Below, piece after piece: positions 13,479 to 23,802 of a stretch of DNA of 45,554 nucleotides. The stretch is from contig CAUVFG010000001.1 of NCBI GenBank assembly GCA_963551125.1, forward strand, positions 1 through 45,554, in the 5' to 3' direction. The notes beneath the pieces are model-generated. The model was not told the origin of the DNA, did not search any database, and worked only from the letters and a program-made list of their open reading frames with translations. This DNA is from an uncultured Selenomonas sp. Its GTDB lineage: Bacteria; Bacillota; Negativicutes; Selenomonadales; Selenomonadaceae. Position numbers and translations under genes: made by a program. Each line of letters starts with the position of its first letter. Position 1 is the stretch's first letter.

Positions 13479-16400
13479 CGGCAAGACTTGAATTCATCAT
13501 CGGACGCGCAGGAACGGGCAAGACGCACACCTGCCTTACGGCGATGACGGAGGCGCTGACGCGCGAGCCACTCGGCAGACAGCGCATCCTCCTCGTGCCG
13601 GAGCACATGACCTACGTCGCAGAGCGCGCCCTCGCACAGACGCTGACCGACAGTGCGGGTTTCTTGCAGGCGTATGTGTTCGGCTTTCGCCGTCTCGCAC
13701 GTCAGGTGCTCCTCGAGACGGGCGGCGCACATCTGCCGCGCATCAGCGATATTGGCAGACGCATCCTCCTAAAAGACATCCTGCTCAAGCACGAGAAAGA
13801 ATTCTCGGTCTTTGCGCGTTCCGTCGGCAAGCGCGGTTTTACCGAGACATTGGGGCGCACCATCGCCGAACTCAAACGCTACCGTCTGAGCACCGATATT
13901 CTGCGTGAGACAGCGGCGCAAAGTGCGCATAAACAGGGGCGGCTCGCGCAGAAACTCTCGGAGATCGCGCTCATTATGGATGAACTCTCCGCGCGTATGG
14001 AGGGACGGCTGACCGATCAGACCGATCACATGGAACGCCTTGCTGCCCAGTTGAAGGACGCGCCGTTTTTGCGCGGCGCAGAGATCTGGGTGGACGGGTT
14101 CGACTTTTTCAATCCGCAGGAAATGGCGATTTTTTTGGAACTTTTCCACACGGCGGACACGGTTCACATCAGTCTGACGATGGATGGGCATCGCGAGGGC
14201 AGTCGCGTGCGGGTCAACCTCCCCGAGAACACAAGGGATACGGGTCTGTTCGCACGTTCTTATCAAACCATGCAGGCTCTGACGAATCTGCTTGTGGAGA
14301 TCGATCCAACGGCTGTGCCGGAAATACACCTGATAGAGGAGCAGCATCGCGCACAAAAGTCCTCACTTGCAGCAATTGAGCAGCAGCTGTTCGGACACGC
14401 GCGTCTTGCCCCCATCCAAGACAATGCACTCAGGCTCGTCGAGACGGCAACCCCGCGCCTTGAGGCGGAGGCCGTTGCGTCAGACATACTGCGCCTCGCA
14501 CGCGCCGAGGGCTATCGCTATCGTGAGATCGCCGTCCTCGTGCGCGACATGGATACCTATGCGGAGCTGCTGCTGCCGGCGTTTGCCGACTGCGACATCC
14601 CATGCCATCTGGACGCAAAGCGTCCGAGTACACATCATCCCCTCGCTGAGCTTTTGCGCGCCGCCGCACAGACGGCATGGCGCGGCTGGGGATATGATAC
14701 GGTATTCCGTGCGCTGCGCACGGGATTTTTTCCTGTCGTGGCAGAGCCCGCAGCGGATGACTATTTTTCCTGCGGCGACTGGCAGGAAGCCGTAGACCGG
14801 CTTGAGAACTACTGCATTGCATTTGGCATCCGCACCGAGCGTCAGTGGACGGCAACGGATGCGTGGAACTTTGTGCGCCGCACCATCCCGGAGGATACAC
14901 GGGAGACGGAACAGAACGCCGTACGGATTGCCGAGGAGATTGCCCTTGATGCCATGCGCAGACGGATCGCCGCACCGCTCTCCATTTTGACGCAGCATCT
15001 TCGCAGTGACGAAAGTACGGCACATGAGCGTACGCGTGCGCTCTACGACTTTCTCGATCAGCTCTCTGTCATGCCGACGCTTGAGGCATGGCGGGCGGCG
15101 GCGGACGCAGAGGGGCGACTCGCAGATGCGGCAGCACATCGGCAGATCTGGGCTTCCTGCATGACACTGTTCGAGCAGCTCGTCGAGGTCAGCGGGGACG
15201 ACGTAATCTCTGCGCGCGACTTTGCAGAGCTATTGGAGGATGGCTTGGATGCGCTCGAGATTTCATTGATTCCGCCCGGTCTCGATCATGTGACGATTGC
15301 CTCCTTCGATCAGAACAGCCTCGCGGGCATTCGCGTTGCCTACATCGTGGGCGTCAACGCGGGGACGATGCCACGCGCCGGCGTGCCGCAGGGCGTATTG
15401 TCGGATGCAGACCGTCTGTCCATTCAAGAGACGCTTGCCAATACCCCGCATACGATCTTCGGCGGGAGTCACGAGCAGAGTTTTCTGGAACGCTATCAAC
15501 TCTATCACGGCTTTACAGAGGCGCGCGAATATCTGTGGGTATCCTATGCGCTGTCCGCAGTCGACGGTTCGGCGCTTGCACCATCGCCCCTTGTCGCCCG
15601 TCTGCGCATGATGACGTCCGATATACTCTCCATTCCGCTTGCCATGGTTGAGCGGGAGGACGAGCTCGTCCTCTCCGCGCCGCATCCCGCACTCTCGTCG
15701 CTGGCAGGGGCTCTGCTCGGACAGAGGGAAAAGGGGGATATGCGCCCTCTGTGGAACGATGTCTACAACTGGATGCGGGAAAGCGCCGCCATGCACCCGC
15801 TGCTTCGTCTGATGGTACGCGGTCTCTTTTCATCTCCACGCGAGGAGGCCCTTTCTGCTGCGATTGCAAAGGGGCTCTTTGCACGAAACGGACGGATCAG
15901 CGGCAGTACGACGCGCCTCGAGACCTTTCGTCAGTGCCCATTCCGTCACTTTGCATCGTACGGGCTCGGTCTGCGTGAACGCGATGTCTATGAGTTTCAG
16001 AGCAGCGACTTCGGCACGCTCCTCCATGAGATCCTGCATGGTTACGGAGAGTGGGTGCGCACGGCGCACGCAAATGACTGGATGACGGCGGAGGCGGGGA
16101 GCGACGAAACGATCGACGCGCTGCTCCAAGAACTCGTACCGAAGATACGCAGCTCCGTCCTCATGAGCCGCGCGAGTTATCGCCATCGAATCGAGCGTAT
16201 TCGGCGCACAGCGCAGCAGGTCATTCGTCACCTCACTTCGTGGGCGCGTGCTTCGTCCTTTCATCCGCGCGGCTTTGAGATCAGCTTCGGCCGCCGCAGC
16301 GATGGTGAGCGATTGGCCGAGTTTCCTCTTTCTAACGGGATGACCGTGTCGCTGCGCGGTCAGATCGACCGTTTCGATGTGACCGCGGATGGGGACTACT

Positions 16401-17053
16401 ATCTCGTCCTTGACTACAAGACGGGCGGGACATCCCTCCTCCTGCCCGAGATACGTCACGGCCTGAAGATGCAGCTTCTCCTCTATCTCTTTATCGTGCG
16501 CTCCCTGCTTGATGAGGGCGGCTTTCCTGCGGGCATGCTCTATGCGCCTGTCATCAATCCCATCATCAGGAAAGACAGCCGTCTTGATGACAGCGCCCTG
16601 CACAAAGAGATTGCAAAGGAAATGCTTCTGACGGGAATGCTCATCAATGACAAAGAAATTCTACAGCAGATTGATGCGGTGGCAGATCATATCTGCATCT
16701 CGTTCAACAAGGACAGCAAGCTCTCAAAGAAGTCGGAGCAACATATTCGCTCACGGGAGGAATTCGAGCAGCTGCTTGCCTATCTGCCGCATCTCGTGCG
16801 CGAGACCGCCGAGGAGATTTTGAACGGAAACATAGCGGTTGCGCCCTATCGTTTCAATAAGCGAAATGCCTGTACCTTCTGCGGCTATCGTTCCGTCTGC
16901 GCCTTTGAGCCGGACCTCGGGCGTGGGGATGGCTACCGCGATATTGCTGACAATGCACAGGCGGCGATGGAGGAGATTGCACGCATCGTATGCGGGGAGG
17001 TGAAGACCGATGGCACAGATGTCATTTACGGAAGATCAGAAAAAAGCGATTGA
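13475..17053 (+). CDS. addB: AddAB helicase-nuclease subunit B
   Basis: IGRAGTGKT, LLVPE, GQIDRFD...DYKTG nuclease motif. Four Fe-S cysteines: QCPF and CTFCGYRSVC. Confidence 0.92.
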   Translation: MTARLEFIIGRAGTGKTHTCLTAMTEALTREPLGRQRILLVPEHMTYVAERALAQTLTDSAGFLQAYVFGFRRLARQVLLETGGAHLPRISDIGRRILLKDILLKHEKEFSVFARSVGKRGFTETLGRTIAELKRYRLSTDILRETAAQSAHKQGRLAQKLSEIALIMDELSARMEGRLTDQTDHMERLAAQLKDAPFLRGAEIWVDGFDFFNPQEMAIFLELFHTADTVHISLTMDGHREGSRVRVNLPENTRDTGLFARSYQTMQALTNLLVEIDPTAVPEIHLIEEQHRAQKSSLAAIEQQLFGHARLAPIQDNALRLVETATPRLEAEAVASDILRLARAEGYRYREIAVLVRDMDTYAELLLPAFADCDIPCHLDAKRPSTHHPLAELLRAAAQTAWRGWGYDTVFRALRTGFFPVVAEPAADDYFSCGDWQEAVDRLENYCIAFGIRTERQWTATDAWNFVRRTIPEDTRETEQNAVRIAEEIALDAMRRRIAAPLSILTQHLRSDESTAHERTRALYDFLDQLSVMPTLEAWRAAADAEGRLADAAAHRQIWASCMTLFEQLVEVSGDDVISARDFAELLEDGLDALEISLIPPGLDHVTIASFDQNSLAGIRVAYIVGVNAGTMPRAGVPQGVLSDADRLSIQETLANTPHTIFGGSHEQSFLERYQLYHGFTEAREYLWVSYALSAVDGSALAPSPLVARLRMMTSDILSIPLAMVEREDELVLSAPHPALSSLAGALLGQREKGDMRPLWNDVYNWMRESAAMHPLLRLMVRGLFSSPREEALSAAIAKGLFARNGRISGSTTRLETFRQCPFRHFASYGLGLRERDVYEFQSSDFGTLLHEILHGYGEWVRTAHANDWMTAEAGSDETIDALLQELVPKIRSSVLMSRASYRHRIERIRRTAQQVIRHLTSWARASSFHPRGFEISFGRRSDGERLAEFPLSNGMTVSLRGQIDRFDVTADGDYYLVLDYKTGGTSLLLPEIRHGLKMQLLLYLFIVRSLLDEGGFPAGMLYAPVINPIIRKDSRLDDSALHKEIAKEMLLTGMLINDKEILQQIDAVADHICISFNKDSKLSKKSEQHIRSREEFEQLLAYLPHLVRETAEEILNGNIAVAPYRFNKRNACTFCGYRSVCAFEPDLGRGDGYRDIADNAQAAMEEIARIVCGEVKTDGTDVIYGRSEKSD

Positions 17054-20000
17054 AACACAGGGGCAGAACATCCTCGTTGCGGCGGCGGCGGGCTCCGGGA
17101 AGACACGCGTCCTCGTGGAGCGTATTATCTCACAGGTGTGCAGCAAGGCATTGTCACTCGACCGTGTTCTCGTACTCACCTTTACCAAGGCTGCTGCAGC
17201 GGAGATGCGGGAGCGAATTGAAGCGGCACTGAACGAAAAAATCAATGCGCTTGCTTTAGAGGGGGGGGCTGCCGCCGACCTTCATGAGGACATCGTCCTG
17301 CTCGAACGCCAGCGTGTTCTGCTCACAGGGGCGGATATCTCGACCTTTCACTCCTTTTGTCAGCGTCTGATCCAGTCACACATCGATGCGACGGAGATAC
17401 CGCCAAATTTCCGCCTTGCGAGCGAGCAGGAGATTCATCTGCTGAAAAACAAGGTCTTTGAACGCCTGCTCGAAGAAGAGTATGAACGCGCCGCCAAGGG
17501 TGATCCGGATGGATTCCTTGCCTTTTCCGATGCCTATGGGGGAATCAAGGGCGACGACGAGAAGCTGCAGCGCGAGATTCTTGCACTCCATGCCTTCTCG
17601 CTCAGTCAGCCCTCACCGATGACATGGCTGCGCGCGCAGGGACAGGTGAGCGATGATACACCGCTTCAGGCGCGCAGCGGCTTCCATGTGCTCGCGGAAG
17701 AACTGAATGAAAGCCTTGCGCAGGTATGTGCGGACTATACAGAGGCAATCGCGCTCCTTTCCAATGGAGATGCGGGACTTCGTGCGGTGGCTGCAAAATG
17801 CCTCGATGTACTCACGGGCAATCGCGAGCTTTATGCGGGGCTTCATCACGCACTCGATCGCTTCCTGCACGCCGAAGAAGACAGCGTATGGGAAGGCTTT
17901 CTCATGGAGGCAGCCGCCGCAAAGAAAGCGCGAAAAAGCATTCCGCGCAAGGCAGTCGTGGATTACAACCCCGAGCTCGGAATGCGCTTGACAAAATTGA
18001 CGGAGAAAATATACGCCGGGTGGGACGCAGCCATTGCACAGCTTCCGGCATCCGCAGATGAACTGTGCGCGATTGAGAACCGTGCAAACGCAGCAATTCG
18101 TCAGTACGCGCGTCTGACAATCGCTTTTCATGCAGCATTCCAACAGGAAAAGTTGGAGCGCGGCATACTCGACTTCAGTGACCTCGAACATACAGCACTC
18201 GCACTCCTATGTCGGGAGCCGGAGCTCCTGCAGGGTGATCCGACGCGGGCAATCCCGACGGAGATCGCCGATGAGCTGCGCAGTCATTACGATGCCATTA
18301 TGGTGGACGAGTATCAGGATACGAACGGCTTGCAGGAGGGGATACTGCGGCAGATTGCGCGCGAAAATAACCGCTTCATTGTCGGCGATGTGAAGCAGAG
18401 CATCTATCGTTTTCGCCTTGCCGATCCGTCCCTCTTCCAGGCGACCTATCAGAAATATCGCACGAATGGGGCGGATGGTACACTCGTGACCATGTCCGAG
18501 AACTTTCGCAGCCGTGCGGAGGTGCTTGAGCCGATCAACGAGATATTCTCACAGGTCATGACGGAGAGCGCGGTCGAGATCACCTATGACGAGAAGGCGC
18601 GTCTGAATCCGGGGCGCATCTTTGAAAATCCGACGCAGGGAAAGCCCCTTGCGGAACCCCTCGAGATTGACCTCCTCCGCGCCGACTACTCCATCGAGGA
18701 GGGGGAGGAGCAGGCGGAAGAGGAGCGCAAGGCGTTTGAGGTGGAGTCGCATTTTATTGCGCGCCGCATTACCGAGCTGAAATCAGAGGGCTATGTCCTC
18801 CACAACGGCGAGCCGCTCCGCAATCGGGACATTGTGATTCTCCTGCGCGGTGCAAAGGCGCGCGCGGGCATTCTGCTCGATGCGCTGCGTTCCGAAAACA
18901 TCCCCGCCTATGCGGACGATACGGCAGGTTATTTCGAGGCGAGCGAGATACGCATGATTCTATCGCTGCTCGCCGTGCTCGACAATGCACGTCAGGACAT
19001 TCCGCTCGCTGCCATACTCACCTCGCCAATGATCGGGCTTACGATGGAGGAAATGGCGCAGCTGCGCATACACACCCGCGTCGGCAGTATCTACGATATG
19101 CTGACAGGAGCGACAGGGGACGGGATTACTGCGACACTCGCCGAACGTGCCGCAAACACACTTTCGCGCCTGCGGCATTGGCGCAGCTATGCACTCGTAC
19201 ACAGCGTTCCGGAACTGCTCTGGATGCTCTACCGCGAGACGGGATATTATGACTATGTCGGCACACTTCCCGGCGGCGTACTGCGGCAGGCAAACCTGCG
19301 CATGCTCATCGACCGTGCCGCCGACTTCGAGCGCACAAACGAGCGCGGACTATTTCGTTTCCTGCGGTACATCGACGCACTGAAGCGGCGCAATACGGAT
19401 CTCTCGGTGGCGCGAACGCTTGGCGAAAGCGAGGATGTTGTACGCATTATGACGATTCACCGCAGCAAGGGATTGGAATTTCCCATCGTCTTTCTTGCCA
19501 ATATTGCGGGGAGATTCAACACGGAGGACACAAAGGGCGATCTCCTCTATCACGCACATGAGGGCATCGGGCTGCGCGTCTATGAAAACACGATGACGGG
19601 ACGACAGACGTACGATACATTTGGAAGAAGGAAGGTCAAAAACGTCATTCAGCGTGAGTCTATCGCAGAGGAAATGCGCATCCTCTACGTCGCCATGACG
19701 CGCGCACAGGAGAAGCTGATTCTGACGGGGACAGTGAATATCACGCGCAAGGGAAAAGACGCATTGGAGCAGCTGCGTGAGTCCTCTTTGAAATACGCCA
19801 CAACGCAGGAGGAGAAATTTCCCGCATCTGCCATCCTCGGTGCAAAGTGCTATCTCGACTGGATCGCACTAGCGCTTATGCGTCATCCGGACGGTGCGCC
19901 GATATTCGGCGACGATGATGAGATCGCCCATCGCCCGCCGCGTAATCCACAGGCGCGCTTTGATGTACGCATACTGGATGAAGATGTCCATGTACCGCAG

Positions 20001-20807
20001 GAAGAAGCGCAGGAGAAGATGGATCCCATTCTTTTTGCTGTCCATGCCGATGAGCCGCTGCCGGGCGGTGGGGAAGCCGACCGCGTTGCGGCGGTTTTGA
20101 ACTGGACGTACGATCTGCGCGGAACGGCACATATCCACGCCAAGACGAGTGTAACCGAGCTCAAGCGACAGCAGGCAGCGGAGGAAGAAGTGCTTGCCCC
20201 ATTCCTCCCGGCACTCAGCGATGCCGAGACGATACAGCCGGAATGGGAAATGCCACGCTTCCTGCGCGCGGCGGAGCGGGAGTATCTGACACCGATGGAG
20301 CGCGGCACGGCAATGCACACCGTTATGCAGCAGCTTGACCTGAACCACGCGGAGAATATCGCCGCCATTGCAAATCAAGCGGACGAACTCCTAAAAAAGG
20401 GCATCCTTACAGAGGCGGAGCGCAGAAGCGTCGATGTCAGCAAGATATGGAAATTTGCGGCCTCGTCCCTCGGGCGTCGTATGCGTGCAGCAAAGGCGGT
20501 ATACCGCGAGCTGCCATTTGGACGCCTGCTGCCCGCACAGCGCTACTACGAGGAGGCAACCGATACAGCCGACCAGATTTTCCTGCAGGGCATCATCGAC
20601 GTTCTCTTTGAGGAGGAAAACGGTGACTACATTCTGCTCGACTACAAGACCGACCGTAAAATCTCCGCCGCCGCTGCGCGAGCACGCTATCAGTTCCAGA
20701 TCGATCTTTACGGCGACGCTGTAGAGACCATCCTGCACAAGACGGTCAAGGAACGCTATCTCTTCCTGCTCGACACAGGGACAGAGGTAAAGATGTGGGA
20801 CGCATAA
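17010..20807 (+). CDS. addA: AddAB helicase-nuclease subunit A
   Basis: AAAGSGKT.VLVERI, TFTKAAAAEM, DEYQDTN, GDVKQSIYRFR, SKGLEFP, LYVAMTRA and C-terminal QGIID...DYKTD. GGAGGTGA RBS. Confidence 0.94.
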   Translation: MAQMSFTEDQKKAIETQGQNILVAAAAGSGKTRVLVERIISQVCSKALSLDRVLVLTFTKAAAAEMRERIEAALNEKINALALEGGAAADLHEDIVLLERQRVLLTGADISTFHSFCQRLIQSHIDATEIPPNFRLASEQEIHLLKNKVFERLLEEEYERAAKGDPDGFLAFSDAYGGIKGDDEKLQREILALHAFSLSQPSPMTWLRAQGQVSDDTPLQARSGFHVLAEELNESLAQVCADYTEAIALLSNGDAGLRAVAAKCLDVLTGNRELYAGLHHALDRFLHAEEDSVWEGFLMEAAAAKKARKSIPRKAVVDYNPELGMRLTKLTEKIYAGWDAAIAQLPASADELCAIENRANAAIRQYARLTIAFHAAFQQEKLERGILDFSDLEHTALALLCREPELLQGDPTRAIPTEIADELRSHYDAIMVDEYQDTNGLQEGILRQIARENNRFIVGDVKQSIYRFRLADPSLFQATYQKYRTNGADGTLVTMSENFRSRAEVLEPINEIFSQVMTESAVEITYDEKARLNPGRIFENPTQGKPLAEPLEIDLLRADYSIEEGEEQAEEERKAFEVESHFIARRITELKSEGYVLHNGEPLRNRDIVILLRGAKARAGILLDALRSENIPAYADDTAGYFEASEIRMILSLLAVLDNARQDIPLAAILTSPMIGLTMEEMAQLRIHTRVGSIYDMLTGATGDGITATLAERAANTLSRLRHWRSYALVHSVPELLWMLYRETGYYDYVGTLPGGVLRQANLRMLIDRAADFERTNERGLFRFLRYIDALKRRNTDLSVARTLGESEDVVRIMTIHRSKGLEFPIVFLANIAGRFNTEDTKGDLLYHAHEGIGLRVYENTMTGRQTYDTFGRRKVKNVIQRESIAEEMRILYVAMTRAQEKLILTGTVNITRKGKDALEQLRESSLKYATTQEEKFPASAILGAKCYLDWIALALMRHPDGAPIFGDDDEIAHRPPRNPQARFDVRILDEDVHVPQEEAQEKMDPILFAVHADEPLPGGGEADRVAAVLNWTYDLRGTAHIHAKTSVTELKRQQAAEEEVLAPFLPALSDAETIQPEWEMPRFLRAAEREYLTPMERGTAMHTVMQQLDLNHAENIAAIANQADELLKKGILTEAERRSVDVSKIWKFAASSLGRRMRAAKAVYRELPFGRLLPAQRYYEEATDTADQIFLQGIIDVLFEEENGDYILLDYKTDRKISAAAARARYQFQIDLYGDAVETILHKTVKERYLFLLDTGTEVKMWDA

Positions 20808-20858
20808 AAACGGGGTGCTGTACGAAGACCTTTTCGTCTCGTACAACACCCTGTTTTT
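20806..20858. terminator. Bidirectional intrinsic terminator between convergent addA and the ABC ATPase gene
   Basis: AAAAACGGGGTGCTGTACGA...TCGTACAACACCCTGTTTTT, a long inverted repeat with A/T tracts on both sides. Confidence 0.8.
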
Positions 20859-21636
20859 ACTTTGGGGGAAGGGGGACACAGGTGCGGCTCTCGGGGACGT
20901 TTTCATAGCCGACAATCTTTGCCGTGACCCCATAGAGTTTTTCCAGCCGCTCCTCTGTAATCACATCATTTGTCCGACCGACGAAAAACACGCCGTCGCG
21001 CCCCATGACTGCGGTCTGATCCGCACAGTAAAAGGCATGACTGGGGGCGTGTGTCGTCATGATGACCGTGATTCCCGTCGCACTGAGCGTACGGATGCGG
21101 TTCATCACAAGCACCTGATTCCCGAAATCAAGGCTTGCCGTCGGTTCATCCATGCAGAGAAGCTGCGGCTGCTGTGCAATCGCACGCGCCAAGAGGACGA
21201 GCTGCCGCTCTCCGCCGCTGATCTTTGTATAGATCTTTTGCGAAAGATGTGCGATGCCAAGCATTTCGATCGCATCATCGGCAATCCTCCGATCCTTTGC
21301 CCCCGGAATGCCGAGATGTCCGATATGGGCTGCCCGCCCCATCAGCACAACATCGTGGACGGTAAACGGGAAGGGGGGTGTATGCACCTGCGGGACGTAG
21401 GCGATGTGCTGCGCCCGTTCCTCTGCCGTCCATGCAGACATATTCTCACCAGATAGAAATACATCACCCGCAAGCGGTGTGAGCAGCCCCAGAATCGTCT
21501 TAAAGAGCGTCGTCTTTCCAACGCCGTTCGGGCCAAGCAGACAGAGCGTCTGCCCTCGCTCGACAGAAAAGGAAATGTTTTGGAAGATGGGCACGCTTCC
21601 ATAGCCGCAAGCAACCGATTTTAGTTCCAGTAACAT
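20857..21636 (-). CDS. Type II (FecE/BtuD/MolC-like) ABC importer ATP-binding subunit
   Basis: GPNGVGKT, AYVPQ, VLMGR, ISGGERQL, MDEPTASLD, MTTH. Start reassigned to ATG 21636 after AGGAGGAA. Confidence 0.9.
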   Translation of the reverse strand: MLLELKSVACGYGSVPIFQNISFSVERGQTLCLLGPNGVGKTTLFKTILGLLTPLAGDVFLSGENMSAWTAEERAQHIAYVPQVHTPPFPFTVHDVVLMGRAAHIGHLGIPGAKDRRIADDAIEMLGIAHLSQKIYTKISGGERQLVLLARAIAQQPQLLCMDEPTASLDFGNQVLVMNRIRTLSATGITVIMTTHAPSHAFYCADQTAVMGRDGVFFVGRTNDVITEERLEKLYGVTAKIVGYENVPESRTCVPLPPK

Positions 21637-21647
21637 ACCATTCCTCC

Positions 21648-22661
21648 TCAGTCCCAGCCATGATGATATTTGATGAGCAGATAGAGAAAGAACGGCACAC
21701 CGAAGAGCGACGTGAGAATTCCGAGCGGAATCTCCATCGTCCATAGCGTTCGCGCGAGATTATCCGAGGCAAGCAGGAAAAGCCCGCCCATCAGTGCCGA
21801 CCCCGGCAGGAGAAAGCGGAAGTCAGGCCCCACGATAAAGCGCACGAGATGCGGCACAATCAGACCGACCAGACCGATGATGCCGGAGAGCGAAACCGCC
21901 GCCGCAGTCAGCAATGTGGCGCAGAGGATGACGATGAGACGGAGACGTTCCACAGGAATCCCGAGCGTCTGTGCCTCCTCATCGCCAAAAGAGAGCAGAT
22001 TGATGCGCCAGCGCAGGAGAAAGAGGGGGATGAATGCTGCTCCCATGAATATGAGCGGGAAGAAGAGGCTGTCAAGCGAGATGGATGCGAGACTTCCCAT
22101 CAGCCAATAGACGATAACGGGCAGCTTATCGTATGGATCGGCGACATACTTAATCATGGAGAGCAGGGATGTGAATAGGGTGCTCACGATGATGCCCGAA
22201 AGGATGATCGCGAGTGTCGTATTTCCTCCGCGGCAGAGCTTTGTACCGATCACATAAGTAATTGCGACCGAACACAGACCGCCAACAAATGTCATCGTAT
22301 GGACGAAAAAGGCGGGAATGCTCAACAGGATGGCAACCGCCGCGCCAAATGCCGCCCCTGCCGATACCCCGAGGATCGCGGGCGAGACCATCGGATTGCG
22401 GAACATGACCTGATAGGCTGCCCCCGAGACGGAGAGCGCCGCTCCCACCAGTACGGCTCCGATGATGCGCGGAAGGCGCAGTTCCATCACAACATGAGAA
22501 GTGCTGCGTGTCTCCGGCACAAAGCCCATCCAGCTGCCGAATACCGCGAACACATCCGATGCACTGATCGGAAAACGCCCGAGGAGGAAGGAGATAAAGA
22601 TCATCGCAATGAGCAGCAACAACAACACGGCAAGTTTGAACTGTGGTGAAATTTTACTCAT
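21648..22661 (-). CDS. Type II (FecCD/BtuC/MolB-like) ABC importer permease
   Basis: RLPRI, FRNPMVSP.ILGVSAGA, YWLMGSL, GDEEAQTLG, GLIVPH, DNLAR, EIPLGILT; hydrophobic throughout. Start 22661 (alternative 22670). Confidence 0.9.
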   Translation of the reverse strand: MSKISPQFKLAVLLLLLIAMIFISFLLGRFPISASDVFAVFGSWMGFVPETRSTSHVVMELRLPRIIGAVLVGAALSVSGAAYQVMFRNPMVSPAILGVSAGAAFGAAVAILLSIPAFFVHTMTFVGGLCSVAITYVIGTKLCRGGNTTLAIILSGIIVSTLFTSLLSMIKYVADPYDKLPVIVYWLMGSLASISLDSLFFPLIFMGAAFIPLFLLRWRINLLSFGDEEAQTLGIPVERLRLIVILCATLLTAAAVSLSGIIGLVGLIVPHLVRFIVGPDFRFLLPGSALMGGLFLLASDNLARTLWTMEIPLGILTSLFGVPFFLYLLIKYHHGWD

Positions 22662-23718
22662 GGAAAACATGATCCTGTGCAAGGAGAGCCTCACACGCCG
22701 CATCGTCCAGTTCGTAATGATAGAAAAGACGATAATACGCCTTCATCTCCTCGTGCAGATCGATGCCGGACTCCTCGGGATAGAGGCGTGCCGCAAGCCA
22801 CGACAGTCCCATAAAACGGTTGACAGAGGGGGGACGACCCATCCAATCATACGGCTTCGACGGCACGCGCAGAACACGCTTCGACTGCACCGCGCGCAGC
22901 TCTCTCCACGCAAGCGCAGAGAAGTCTGCTTCTGTTTCGGCTGCGATCACGAGAACCTCCGGATTCCATGCCAGAACCTGCTCCATTGAGACCTGACTCA
23001 TCGATCCCTCGGTCGACTCCGTGATCACAGCCACATTATCCGCGAGCAGGTCGACGATCTGTGCGTGGAAAGAACCGCGTGCGACCGCCATATTGCCCTG
23101 TGGCCCTCCAAGGTAGAGAACGCTTGGTTTGTGTTGAATTTTCGCGGCAAGTTCTTTGCTGCGCGTATATATTGTGTGGCAATAGTCGGCAATAGCATTT
23201 CCTTCTTCTTCGCGGCCGAGAATTTTTCCGAGTGTACGATACGCTTCATCCGTATTGTCGAGCCGTGCCTCGATGAAGATCACCGGGATGCCGAGTGACG
23301 CCTGAATCTGATCCATATCCTCGACAATGGTCGCCTTTTTCTCCCCAACGTCGATAATAACCTGTGGGTTGACAGAGAGTACAGCCTCCTTGTTGAAATT
23401 CTTCATGCCGTAGAACTGACCCAGTATCGGCAGATCACGGTACTGATCCCCAACATAGGGAAGGGCGGTATCCTTCCACTGACCGGACACACCAACGAGT
23501 TTATCCGGTGCAATGGCAAAAAGTGCCATTTGCGCCAGTCCTCCCGAGGGAGCAATGCGGTCAATCTGTTTTGGAAGCTCGACCGTACGCCCTGCAGAGT
23601 CTGTAAACGTATAAGTTTCAGAGGCAGGGTTCTCCACTCTCTCCTGCCCACATCCGACGAGCAGTACGAGGAGGAGCAGCAATACGATGAGCAGTGGATT
23701 GCTCTTGTTCACAAACAT
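22654..23718 (-). CDS. Class III (helical-backbone) ABC substrate-binding lipoprotein
   Basis: Lipobox LLVGC after a hydrophobic signal; FTDSAGRTVELP..IDRI, EAVLSVNPQVII, VSMEQVLAWNPEV, DWMGRPPSVNR. Start 23718 after AAAGGAAG (alternative 23736). Confidence 0.88.
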   Translation of the reverse strand: MFVNKSNPLLIVLLLLLVLLVGCGQERVENPASETYTFTDSAGRTVELPKQIDRIAPSGGLAQMALFAIAPDKLVGVSGQWKDTALPYVGDQYRDLPILGQFYGMKNFNKEAVLSVNPQVIIDVGEKKATIVEDMDQIQASLGIPVIFIEARLDNTDEAYRTLGKILGREEEGNAIADYCHTIYTRSKELAAKIQHKPSVLYLGGPQGNMAVARGSFHAQIVDLLADNVAVITESTEGSMSQVSMEQVLAWNPEVLVIAAETEADFSALAWRELRAVQSKRVLRVPSKPYDWMGRPPSVNRFMGLSWLAARLYPEESGIDLHEEMKAYYRLFYHYELDDAACEALLAQDHVFHE

Positions 23719-23739
23719 CTTCCTTTCGTCCTCCATCTA

Positions 23740-23782
23740 CGGTTGAATCTTCTGAATCGCTGTGTTATCCTAGTGTCAACCG
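23740..23782. promoter_or_regulatory. Compact divergent control region between the binding-protein gene and DUF364
   Basis: Plus strand: TTGAAT, 17 nt, TG-N-TATCCT (23743-23771). Minus strand: a perfect TTGACA (23779-23774) with no good -10. Both lie within a CGGTTGA...TCAACCG inverted repeat. Confidence 0.5.
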
Positions 23783-23802
23783 ATTTGTGAGGAGGTATTT
23801 TC

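Noticed and set aside
20815..21456. 213-aa plus-strand ORF after addA
   Set aside because: Antisense to the ABC ATPase and starts inside a terminator hairpin.
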